Shown here in pieces: positions 41,030 through 49,916 of a DNA stretch of 64,000 nt. Both the position numbers and the translations under genes were made by a program. Positions within the stretch are counted from its first letter, which is position 1; each line of letters begins with the position of its first letter. The stretch lies in NCBI GenBank assembly GCA_050331235.1, contig JBHJHA010000041.1:24767-88766 (forward strand), in the 5' to 3' direction. Source of the DNA: Leptolyngbyaceae cyanobacterium (GTDB lineage Bacteria; Cyanobacteriota; Cyanobacteriia; Phormidesmidales; Phormidesmidaceae). The notes beneath the pieces are model-generated. The model saw only the letters and a program-made list of their open reading frames with translations, was not told the DNA's origin and ran no database searches.

Positions 41030-42769
41030 ATGAAGCAAAGCAGTATCCATTTTCCTGTTGAGAGATCACTAGCTGCGATCGTGCTGACCGATGCGGTCAG
41101 CTTCAGCGCACGAATGTCGATTGATGAAGAGGGGACCCTCAACCTAATCAAAAGAGATTTGGATTTAATTGCCGAGCAGTGCGAATGCTTCGGCGGCAAG
41201 GTCTTAAAATCAACTGGCGATGGCTTGTTGATGTCGTTTTACAGTGCCGTGCAGGCTGTGCTGTGCAGCCAAGAAGTGCAGAAACGACTCACTAAGACTA
41301 ATGAAGGACTCTCGCCAGAAGAGTATCTCCAACATCGCATTGGGATTCATTTAGGCGATGTCTTGATCAGCGATGATGATGTATTGGGCAATGGGGTCAA
41401 TATTGCGGCGCGTCTTCAGACTAAGTCGCCCCCTGGCGGTATTTGCCTTTCACAAACGGTCTATGACGTAGTCAAGGCCCGCATCGATATCCAGGCCAGT
41501 TTCCTTGGAGCGCTCAAGCTCAAGAACATTCAGGAACCGGTGACCGCCTATCAGGTCCCACCTTTTGGGCAGTCCGCTACGATGGTGGTACCGTCACTCA
41601 AACCGCCTGAGACACACAGCGCCGAGTCAGCTTTGGCAATCGCCGCCCAAACCCTGGAGCAAGATCCCCAAATTCGCCGCATTAAAAAGCTAATTTTTGG
41701 CACTTATCAAGGCGTTTGGGAAAATGACCCTAAGGTATTGGCACAGTTTGATCTCTTGATGCTGCTTCAGCAGCTTCAGCAGCGATATCACACATTAATT
41801 TCCTTGGAAAAGGCCCTCCAAACATTAGCATCGCGGCTCAATCACAAAGAGATTTATCTTCAGATTGTCCAAACCGTTTTAACTGCTGTAGAACCAGCGT
41901 ATGACCAACCCGACGAAACCGGAACGGCACTGACTGCATCGGTGACTGAGCACCAGCGTGCTTACCAACAAATTGCCCAAGAGCTTACGCAGCAGAGCGA
42001 TCGCTTGAGGATCAAGAAACTGCTCTATGCCATATTGCATTCGGCCTGGGAAAACGATCCTGCGCAGTTGTCATTGCATACGATGGAGGAGCTAGTTGCC
42101 GATGTCCATCAAATTGCTCCGATTGAGGTGGATTTGAGCTACCATCTCGAGCGGATTATCAAACGGTTGAACCGACAAGAGCGCTATACCCAGCTAGCGT
42201 TGGCTATCTCAGAAGCCTTTCACCGACTCTATGGAGACGCCTCGGCTGATATTCACGGCCTATCAGCACCGCCGGCTGAGAACATTGGAGACAGCCAGGT
42301 ATCAATCGCTAGCGACGCTACCAGTATTGCCCAAGACGAAGGCTTTACCACACTCACCCACTGGCAAAGCGTCGAACTTGCGGATGAGCAAACCTGTGCT
42401 CACGTTGGCGAAATTAATCGTTGCTATAAAGGCGGCCCGAGGGCTCCAGATAGTCACTTAGTCAGGCCTCGCGATCGCGCCAACCTCTACAACCTACGGC
42501 TAGAAATCATGCGATACACAAACCCATTGCGGGCTAAGATTTTACTGCTATCTACCGTTAGGAGTCCGTTTACAGATAGCCGACAAGATTGGTTGACCCT
42601 CAAATCTAAATCGCTAGACGATTTGCTACAGGCTACTTTTGAGTATTGTCACACCTTTTCAGATTTAGAAAGTAAGCTCACAATCATGTGCCACTGTGTC
42701 GATAACGTCAGCGAAAATATCCAAACTTCTGGAGCTATCCTTCAAGCGATGAAAGTTTATTATCCCTGA
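41030..42769 (+). CDS. Class III adenylate cyclase with C-terminal repeated helical domains
   Basis: LTDAVSFS, KSTGDG, RIGIHLGDV and DVLGNGVNIAARLQ. Confidence 0.88.
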   Translation: MKQSSIHFPVERSLAAIVLTDAVSFSARMSIDEEGTLNLIKRDLDLIAEQCECFGGKVLKSTGDGLLMSFYSAVQAVLCSQEVQKRLTKTNEGLSPEEYLQHRIGIHLGDVLISDDDVLGNGVNIAARLQTKSPPGGICLSQTVYDVVKARIDIQASFLGALKLKNIQEPVTAYQVPPFGQSATMVVPSLKPPETHSAESALAIAAQTLEQDPQIRRIKKLIFGTYQGVWENDPKVLAQFDLLMLLQQLQQRYHTLISLEKALQTLASRLNHKEIYLQIVQTVLTAVEPAYDQPDETGTALTASVTEHQRAYQQIAQELTQQSDRLRIKKLLYAILHSAWENDPAQLSLHTMEELVADVHQIAPIEVDLSYHLERIIKRLNRQERYTQLALAISEAFHRLYGDASADIHGLSAPPAENIGDSQVSIASDATSIAQDEGFTTLTHWQSVELADEQTCAHVGEINRCYKGGPRAPDSHLVRPRDRANLYNLRLEIMRYTNPLRAKILLLSTVRSPFTDSRQDWLTLKSKSLDDLLQATFEYCHTFSDLESKLTIMCHCVDNVSENIQTSGAILQAMKVYYP

Positions 42770-42841
42770 TGCTCGGGTGCTGCTATGACCGCGTGTGCAA
42801 CCTTTGAGTTTTACCTGTAGCCGCTATCGTGTCCCCGACCC

Positions 42842-43834
42842 ATGACTCCACAAGAAATTCTCAAGCGATACGCCGCCGGCAACACTAATTTCAAAGGGCT
42901 TTCGCTCAACGGTATTAACCTGGCCTATGCCGATTTGATCGGGGCAAATCTACAGCTAGCAGATTTAGAAAGTGCCGATTTGACCTTTGCCTTTCTGACC
43001 CGCGTGAATTTTCAACAAAGCAATCTGGCAAAAGCTCAACTGTCGGGTGCCAATTTGAATCAAGCCAATTTGACGAAAGCTGACTTGAGCGACGCGAAGT
43101 TACACGGAACCAGCTTACAGGGGGCCGACTTGCGTAGCGCTCAGCTGCCTCTGGCCGACTTGATGGATGCCAATTTAATTGAAGCAGACCTCAGAAATGC
43201 CGATCTGAGCGGGGCATATTTGCGGGGGGCTTGTCTGCGGGGAGCTAATTTTCGACAAGAGGATCGCAAATACATCGCTAACTTACGCGGAGCGAATCTA
43301 AGACAGGCTGACCTCGAAGGTGCTAATTTGCGCGGGGCAGACCTTGCCTACGTCGATTTCAGTGAAGCAAATTTGGCCAATGTGACCTTTCAAGGAGCCG
43401 ATTTGCATGGGGCTAATCTTGAAAAGGCTTATTTAAAGGGAGCCAACTTGAGCGATGGCTGCTTAGCCGCTGCTAACTTGAAGCATACTGACATGACGAA
43501 TGCGCTGGCCAATCGCGCTGATTTTTCGGAAGCTCAACTCAATCATGCAGTGATGTCTGACATTCGGCTAACGAATGCCATATTTGCCCACGCGTCTTTA
43601 CAAGCGGCAATCTTGACTCGAGCCAACTTAAACTTGGCTGATTTGAGTAGAGCCAATCTGAGACATGCCCAGCTACAAGCTGTGACTTTTGTAGAGGCGT
43701 ATTTGGGTCGGACTGACCTGACCAAAGCTGATCTAAGTGAGGCTATTTTGACTCGTGCTGAGATCAGCAGTGCAACGCTAATTGATGCAACCCTAACCGG
43801 AACGACAATGCCTGATGGCAGTATTCACCAGTAG
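42842..43834 (+). CDS. Pentapeptide repeat protein
   Basis: A(D/N)Lxx repeats throughout; C-terminal MPDGSIH. Confidence 0.95.
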   Translation: MTPQEILKRYAAGNTNFKGLSLNGINLAYADLIGANLQLADLESADLTFAFLTRVNFQQSNLAKAQLSGANLNQANLTKADLSDAKLHGTSLQGADLRSAQLPLADLMDANLIEADLRNADLSGAYLRGACLRGANFRQEDRKYIANLRGANLRQADLEGANLRGADLAYVDFSEANLANVTFQGADLHGANLEKAYLKGANLSDGCLAAANLKHTDMTNALANRADFSEAQLNHAVMSDIRLTNAIFAHASLQAAILTRANLNLADLSRANLRHAQLQAVTFVEAYLGRTDLTKADLSEAILTRAEISSATLIDATLTGTTMPDGSIHQ

Positions 43835-43912
43835 CGGCCCACAGAGCCCCTTAGCGTTAGCCATGAGGAGGGTAAGTCAAAATAGACTATAGCTACCTCA
43901 GAGGGATGATAG

Positions 43913-44551
43913 GTGCAAGACATGAATAAAACGGAGTTCACGGAGTTCTTTGATCGCTGGGCCCCTAGCTATGACACCATACTCCCCTCTGTGTTGTATC
44001 AGGCGGTGCACAAACGTTTAATGGACTATGTGCATTTGCCTTCACCCTGCCAGGTCTTAGAGGTTGGGTGTGGAACAGGAAAGTTGCTGGCAAGATTAGC
44101 TCAGCATTGGTCGACGTTATCCGGCGTTGGCATTGATTTGTCAACAGGGATGATAGCGCAAGCCGAGCAAAACTTTGCTGATTGCGATCGCCTACAGGTT
44201 ATATGCGGTGATGTAACAAGACTTCCTTTTGCTACACGGACCTTCGATGCAGTTTTTTGCTCAATTAGTTTTTTGCACTATCCCCAACCAGCAGCGGCTT
44301 TTCAAGCCATCGTTCAGATACTCAAACCTAGCGGCAAATTATATTTGGCAGACTTTGTGCCGCCTCGTTGGCAAGACATCGAGATTTGGCGTCCAGGGAT
44401 TTCGCCAGGTGGAATTGCTCTCTACAGTGCCAACGCTCGAGAGCAGCTGGGAAAAGAGGCCGGTTTGGTGTGCGATCGCCATCACTATTTGCTAGGCCCA
44501 GTAATGATGACCCAGTTTTCGGCCCCCGGCAGTCTGACAATGACGGTTTAG
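43913..44551 (+). CDS. Class I SAM-dependent methyltransferase
   Basis: LEVGCGTG, GIDLS, FDAV and LKPSG. Confidence 0.9.
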   Translation: MQDMNKTEFTEFFDRWAPSYDTILPSVLYQAVHKRLMDYVHLPSPCQVLEVGCGTGKLLARLAQHWSTLSGVGIDLSTGMIAQAEQNFADCDRLQVICGDVTRLPFATRTFDAVFCSISFLHYPQPAAAFQAIVQILKPSGKLYLADFVPPRWQDIEIWRPGISPGGIALYSANAREQLGKEAGLVCDRHHYLLGPVMMTQFSAPGSLTMTV

Positions 44552-44634
44552 CAGCAACCACAACCCGAGTGCTTATTGGGTATCGGCGCAGAAAAGATTA
44601 AAGCAGCTCAGTAAATGGGTGTCGGTCACCAACG

Positions 44635-45708
44635 TTATGGCAGGTTGGGGAGAGACAAGTTTGGTAAAACAGCAAGGTTATTTGACGATATGGCGGGTGC
44701 CGATGCAGTCGGTTCTTCAGAGCTGCCGCTGTTTGCTCCCACAGGCAGCGCAACTTCTTCACCGCGCTCTTCAAAGACGACGACAGGTGCTGAACCAGTC
44801 GAGTTCTCAATGCGCTTAACTAGCACCTTCCCATTCGAGATGCGATCGCCCTGCCTGACATATCGACTACTGGGTTCTCCAGGCGCTTTGATGATGGCGT
44901 AGGTCACACCGCTCACGTTAGCCACCCCAGTAACTTGGACCTGGGAGGCAACCACCGTCGGTTCTGGAAGATCTGGCAAGGGTTCGGAAGAAGCTGCTGG
45001 ATTAATAGGGCTGGAAGGATTCGTCCCTTGACCAGTCTGGGGGCTGCTCGGTGCGGCAGGCGGCCTAGCAGTAGCGCCGCCGGGAGGTGAGCCGCCATTC
45101 CCCCCACCATTCCCAGCAGCATTAGGAGAATTATTGGACGCTGGTGGCGCGGGCTTAGGTGGCGGCGCAATAGGGACAAAGGCATACGGATCAGAACGTT
45201 CACGCTCAATCTCATTAAGCCGCTCTGAAGGATCCGTTGAAGGCAACAACTCAGCGCGGGCAATCTCTGCTGCAGTCGGTAGCCCTGGCAGCATTGCTTC
45301 TTCAAAAAGTTCAGCTTCTTCTTCGGCAGGAACTTCCACAGTGCCTTCTATGCCAGCATCAGGAGTCGTATTAGGGTCAACGACACCGCCATCAGGATTA
45401 ACTGGTACACCTTCAGAAAAGTCATCAAACTCCTGATCATTGCCGGCAGATAAAAACGCGAGTCCCCCAAGAGGAATCGGCAATATCATGGCAGCAAGAC
45501 CAGCTAGGCTCATAATCAGACTGTTACGGGCCCATTTACGCTGATTCCAAAACTTAATGCAAAAAACGAGTAACGCGAAAGGAACAAAAAAAGCGAGTAG
45601 CCCCCAAACAGTACTGACTCGGAAGGCGTCCACGATACCAACGATGCCTCCAATGGTGGCCAGTAGCGCCCCCACCAAGAAAAGAACTATCAACACAGTG
45701 GCGCCCAT
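44635..45708 (-). CDS. Membrane protein with Pro-rich linker and PilP/GspC-like C-terminal beta domain
   Basis: 3 N-terminal TM; RSDPY; VQVTGV..YAIIKAPGE..RYVRQGDRI. Confidence 0.65.
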   Translation of the reverse strand: MGATVLIVLFLVGALLATIGGIVGIVDAFRVSTVWGLLAFFVPFALLVFCIKFWNQRKWARNSLIMSLAGLAAMILPIPLGGLAFLSAGNDQEFDDFSEGVPVNPDGGVVDPNTTPDAGIEGTVEVPAEEEAELFEEAMLPGLPTAAEIARAELLPSTDPSERLNEIERERSDPYAFVPIAPPPKPAPPASNNSPNAAGNGGGNGGSPPGGATARPPAAPSSPQTGQGTNPSSPINPAASSEPLPDLPEPTVVASQVQVTGVANVSGVTYAIIKAPGEPSSRYVRQGDRISNGKVLVKRIENSTGSAPVVVFEERGEEVALPVGANSGSSEEPTASAPAISSNNLAVLPNLSLPNLP

Positions 45709-45789
45709 GGCTTCGCCTCCTCGCCTAATGTTCAGCTAATGCCTCTAAACGATAGCTTAATTTTTAGCAGATGGAACGCCTTCCTGTGC

Positions 45790-46572
45790 TTAGTCTTCAG
45801 AGGCGTTAACCATCAAACTTCTTAGATGTTTAAGACCTTGCTTGACTCGTCTCGAAACGGTCACAGAGCTGATTCCCAAACGCTCAGCAGTCTCTTTTTG
45901 GGTCAAGTCTTGCAAAAAGACGAACTCTAAAATTTTGCGAGTGCGCTCTTCCAACTGTAAGAGTGCATGTTGCAGACGAATGCGATCTTCTTCAGCTAAT
46001 TGAAAGCTTCGAAACTTGGGATCAGGGAGAATGTCGGAGAGAGAAGCAGAGTCGGCGTCTGCCTCAAGTACAGGGGCATCTAAACTCACCAGGGAGCGAT
46101 TGCGGATAGCCAGTTTAACTTCGCTCCACTCTTCCAATGAAATATTCAGGTAACTCGCAATTTCAGGCTCGGTAGGCTGCCTATTATATTGAGCCCGGAG
46201 CGCATGAACCGCTCGGCGAGACTGATGGGCCAGGGTCTGCCACTTACGGGGAATTTTCACCGTTCCGCTACGATCTCGTAGGTAATGCTGGATCTCGCCC
46301 CTAATGTAAGGAATCGCAAATGAACTAAAGGCATAGCCCTTAGCTAAATCAAACCGCTCGATTGCCCGAATGAGTCCAAGACTACCCACTTGCATAAGGT
46401 CATCAAAAGATTCATCGGAATGGCGAATCCAACGATGGGCCTCGCGTCTCACCAAGCCTAAATTGAGCTGAACCAGCCGATTGCGGACTTCTGCCTGCTG
46501 TAACTGCTGATAGCGCTGCAGCAGTTCGGCGGTTTCCCCTTTTAATTCTGTATGAGGATTTGAAAGGGCCAT
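45790..46572 (-). CDS. sigF: Group 3 sigma factor SigF
   Basis: RNRLVQLNLGLVR, DDLMQVGSLGLIRAIERFD, FAIPYIRGEIQHYLRD and FQLAEEDRIRL. Confidence 0.88.
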   Translation of the reverse strand: MALSNPHTELKGETAELLQRYQQLQQAEVRNRLVQLNLGLVRREAHRWIRHSDESFDDLMQVGSLGLIRAIERFDLAKGYAFSSFAIPYIRGEIQHYLRDRSGTVKIPRKWQTLAHQSRRAVHALRAQYNRQPTEPEIASYLNISLEEWSEVKLAIRNRSLVSLDAPVLEADADSASLSDILPDPKFRSFQLAEEDRIRLQHALLQLEERTRKILEFVFLQDLTQKETAERLGISSVTVSRRVKQGLKHLRSLMVNASED

Positions 46573-46844
46573 ATCATTCCTAAGATGACTCAACTTGCCT
46601 GTAGATGAGGAGTGACTAACCAAGCGACAATCGCGATCAGTCTAGAGTTATTTCAAAAGTCGCAAATCTCGCCAACGACGCTTATTACGCCGGTATCAAT
46701 GAATCGTGACATACACCCGTATACATAAAGATAGTAACCAGCTTGAAGTACATCAACGTTGTTTTCACTGATTCCGGAACCCCCAGCCAAAAGTTTGTAA
46801 AGAGAAAGTTTGTTCAGCGGAGGATATCCTTGCCGCAGCTAGGC

Positions 46845-47588
46845 TTACAGTGAATATTCAAAGAGCTGTAAGGTCTGCTGCCATGCATCCTCAGCTGCTT
46901 GTGGATGATAGCTGTCTCGGCGATCGCAGAAAAACCCATGGGTGGCGTCGGTATATCGAAAAATTCGGTGATCAATCTGGTGCGTTTGCAACGCGGTTTC
47001 TATTTTTTCAATCTCTGCTTGAGTGATCAGCGGGTCTTGTAGCCCAAAGAATGCATACAGCGTGCCTGAAATGTCAGGGGTGCGATTCAGTGTGGGCTCA
47101 CCGCCACCAGGAGTAAAGCTGCCAATGCCAGCGCCGTAAAAGCTGGCCGTTGCTTGGATCACTGTCAACGTAGCCGCTAGATAGGCCACATGTCCACCAA
47201 AGCAGAAACCAATGCAGCCGACCTGATCAGCGCTATTGGGAAAATAGGTTTGGACGTAGGTGATGGCGCCGAGAATGTCGCTCAATAGTTCGTCAACATT
47301 CGTGCCATTTTTGTACTGTCTTCCCATTGCTAGGTCGGCTTCGCTGTAGCCGACCTCAAAGTTTGGGGCTTGACGATGATAAATGTGGGGGGCGATCGCG
47401 GTATATCCAGCGTGGGCTAAGCGCTCAGTCACGTTACGAATATGGGCATTGACGCCAAAAACCTCCTGAAGAACCACGATGATCGGGCACTCCATCTTCT
47501 CATCGGGATGGGCAAGGTAGGCTGGGATAGTCAGTTCACCACTAGAAAACTCAATCGTGCTGGTTTGGATAGAGGGGGCCATCGCCAT
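46845..47588 (-). CDS. Dienelactone hydrolase family protein
   Basis: QEVFGVN, GFCFGG nucleophile and HGFFC. Confidence 0.93.
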   Translation of the reverse strand: MAMAPSIQTSTIEFSSGELTIPAYLAHPDEKMECPIIVVLQEVFGVNAHIRNVTERLAHAGYTAIAPHIYHRQAPNFEVGYSEADLAMGRQYKNGTNVDELLSDILGAITYVQTYFPNSADQVGCIGFCFGGHVAYLAATLTVIQATASFYGAGIGSFTPGGGEPTLNRTPDISGTLYAFFGLQDPLITQAEIEKIETALQTHQIDHRIFRYTDATHGFFCDRRDSYHPQAAEDAWQQTLQLFEYSL

Positions 47589-47765
47589 AATGTTTAAGCC
47601 GGATAGAGTATTACCAACGCTTTATATTAGAAGCTGCCGGTTAGAAACCTATCGAATACAAAGATGCTGCTTTTTCTTCATGTTTCCGCTTTGATAATGG
47701 TTAACCCGGAGCTCATCTGAGCGGAGCGAAAATCACGGATATTGATACTGTATGGGGCTAAATCA

Positions 47766-48092
47766 ATGGGTCAGGCGTTAGGAGTGATTGAAACCTGCGG
47801 CATGCCCAGTGCTCTGATCACTGCAGATGGGTTATCAAAAGCTGCCAACGTTCACGTTTTAGGCTTAGAGAATACGAATGCCGGCCGGATCAGTGTCGTC
47901 ATCCGCGGTCAGACGGGTGAGGTAGAAATCGCGATCGCAACGGTCATGCAAGCATTAAAGGGAAAACCGGGTGTTGTTACCTTGGGGTATCATGTGATTC
48001 CTTGTCCAGACGACTCCGTTGATTTGCTCAATTTACGTCGCTCTTACCACCCAGTGATTGAGGCGAGCAGTGTCGAATGGCTAGACGATTGA
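47766..48092 (+). CDS. Orphan BMC-H (CcmK-like) shell protein
   Basis: ALGVIET.G, AD...KAA and VVIRG..GEV. Confidence 0.85.
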   Translation: MGQALGVIETCGMPSALITADGLSKAANVHVLGLENTNAGRISVVIRGQTGEVEIAIATVMQALKGKPGVVTLGYHVIPCPDDSVDLLNLRRSYHPVIEASSVEWLDD

Positions 48093-48272
48093 GTTTACTA
48101 GCTTGAGCTAGGTGCGCCGCATTGGCAAAAAAGTGTCACATTTTATTTATTTTCTATGACTGATTGCTGTGCGTGATTCAGCCTTATGTAGAGAGGCTGA
48201 GGTATTCAATGCTCCATTCAGCCTCTCCACAATGATCGTATCTATTGCTGAGGTGTTTACAGGAGAGCCATC

Positions 48273-49262
48273 TTGCTTAAGTTTCATATTCAGACCGATA
48301 GTGAAATTCCTGCCTCAACTCAGCTGTACGATCAGTTGTGGTTTGCCATCGCTTCAAGACAGTTTCCGCCGGGCTATCGGTTGCCAAGTACCCGCCAGCT
48401 AGCCATGCAGACTGGCTTACATCGCAACACTATTAGCAAAGTCTATCGGCAGTTAGAGGAAGCTGGCGTCGTTGAGGCACAGCCAGGGTCAGGGATTTAT
48501 GTCCGAGCCCACTCTACCGTTGAGAGTTCTCGTCCTCATCTGGGTCTCTGGGATAAATTTCCCAAGGCTCGTAAAGTAGTGGAGGACGTTTTAGACGAAC
48601 TTTTACGTCAGGGCTGTTCGCTGAATCAGGCCCGAGAGTTATTTTTTGCGGAAGTTGACTGGCGCTTACGCTGTAGTGCGCGGGTGCTGGTGACCGTACA
48701 AAAACAAGACTTGGGGGCTGGTGAGCTGATTGTCCGAGAGCTAGAGGCGGCCTTGCATATCCCAGTTCAACTGGTGGCGTTAGAGGATTTAGAAGACATT
48801 TTGGCTCAGGCTCGCTCGGGCACGGTGGTCACTAGCCGTTATTTTTTAGCCGAAGCTGAAGCAATCGCGGGACCCAAGTCTGTGAGGGTAATTCCCATTG
48901 ATATCTACGACTACAGCCGTGAGCTTGGCCTGTTGAGGGAGTTGCCCCAGGATACCTGTCTGGGCATGGTCAGCCTTAGCTCTGGAATTTTGCGGGCAGC
49001 AGAGGTAATTGCCTATAGCTTAAGAGGCGAGGACGTCTTAGTAATGACCGCCCAAACCGAAGACGCTTACAAGTTAAATGCATTGGTCCGCAGTGCCCAG
49101 ACCATTGTGGTGTTCGATCAAACTAGCCTGCCCTCGGTTAAGCAAGCAATTGCAGGAGCTCGGGAAGATTTGATTCGAGCGCCTCAAATTGTCGTTTGTG
49201 ATAATTACATTGGCGAAAAGTCAATCAATCTCTTGAAACGAGAGTTAGGGCTGGAGAACTAA
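48273..49262 (+). CDS. plmA: GntR-family regulator PlmA
   Basis: FHIQ.DSEIPAS.QL, LPSTRQLAMQTGLHRNTISKVY, DWRLRCSAR and LLKRELGL. Confidence 0.93.
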   Translation: MLKFHIQTDSEIPASTQLYDQLWFAIASRQFPPGYRLPSTRQLAMQTGLHRNTISKVYRQLEEAGVVEAQPGSGIYVRAHSTVESSRPHLGLWDKFPKARKVVEDVLDELLRQGCSLNQARELFFAEVDWRLRCSARVLVTVQKQDLGAGELIVRELEAALHIPVQLVALEDLEDILAQARSGTVVTSRYFLAEAEAIAGPKSVRVIPIDIYDYSRELGLLRELPQDTCLGMVSLSSGILRAAEVIAYSLRGEDVLVMTAQTEDAYKLNALVRSAQTIVVFDQTSLPSVKQAIAGAREDLIRAPQIVVCDNYIGEKSINLLKRELGLEN

Positions 49263-49283
49263 GGGTGGGGTAGCTCACGTCGG

Positions 49284-49910
49284 CTAAGTAAGCGGCTGGG
49301 CAACCTTGAATGAGCGGCGATGTTGGGGGGTGCGACCAAGTTGGGCGATCGCTGAGCGATGACGATAGCTTCCATACCCTTTATTAGACGCTAGGTCATA
49401 GCCCGGATAGCGACGATCAAGGCGCACAATAAGGGTATCTCGCCAAACTTTAGCCAGGATACTAGCCGCCGCGATCGCCACATGATGGCGGTCCCCTTTC
49501 ACCACAGGTTGTTGCGCAATGCCTAATTGCGGAATCCGCTGGTTGCCATCCACCAGGCAAAACTGAGGCCGGAGGGATAATCGGTTAACAGCTCGCTTCA
49601 TGGCTAAAAGCGATGCCTGCAGAACATTTAGCCGATCAATTTCGTGCACGCTGGCTAACCCCAACGCAAAGGCCTCTGCAGAGGTTTGAATAGGCAACAC
49701 TAAAGCGGCTCGCCGCTGCGGGCTCAGCTGCTTACTATCAGCGACCCCCAAAGCAAGCAAATGCTCACAAGCTGGAGCGGACAAAATTACCGCCCCAGCC
49801 ACAACTGGACCAAATAAGGCGCCTCGCCCCACTTCGTCGATCCCCGCCGTTTGCGTTGGCATTATCGCGCCATGGGTAGCCATTTCCAGGGAAACCATAA
49901 GTTCTACCAA
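49284..49910 (-). CDS. rnhB: Ribonuclease HII
   Basis: GIDEVGRG, DSKQL, AAASILAKV and HRRSF; start uncertain. Confidence 0.95.
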   Translation of the reverse strand: MVELMVSLEMATHGAIMPTQTAGIDEVGRGALFGPVVAGAVILSAPACEHLLALGVADSKQLSPQRRAALVLPIQTSAEAFALGLASVHEIDRLNVLQASLLAMKRAVNRLSLRPQFCLVDGNQRIPQLGIAQQPVVKGDRHHVAIAAASILAKVWRDTLIVRLDRRYPGYDLASNKGYGSYRHRSAIAQLGRTPQHRRSFKVAQPLT

Positions 49911-49916
49911 CGCAGA

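Noticed and set aside
42842..43834. Periodic DNA resembling an array
   Set aside because: Pentapeptide coding repeats, not CRISPR; no spacers or cas genes
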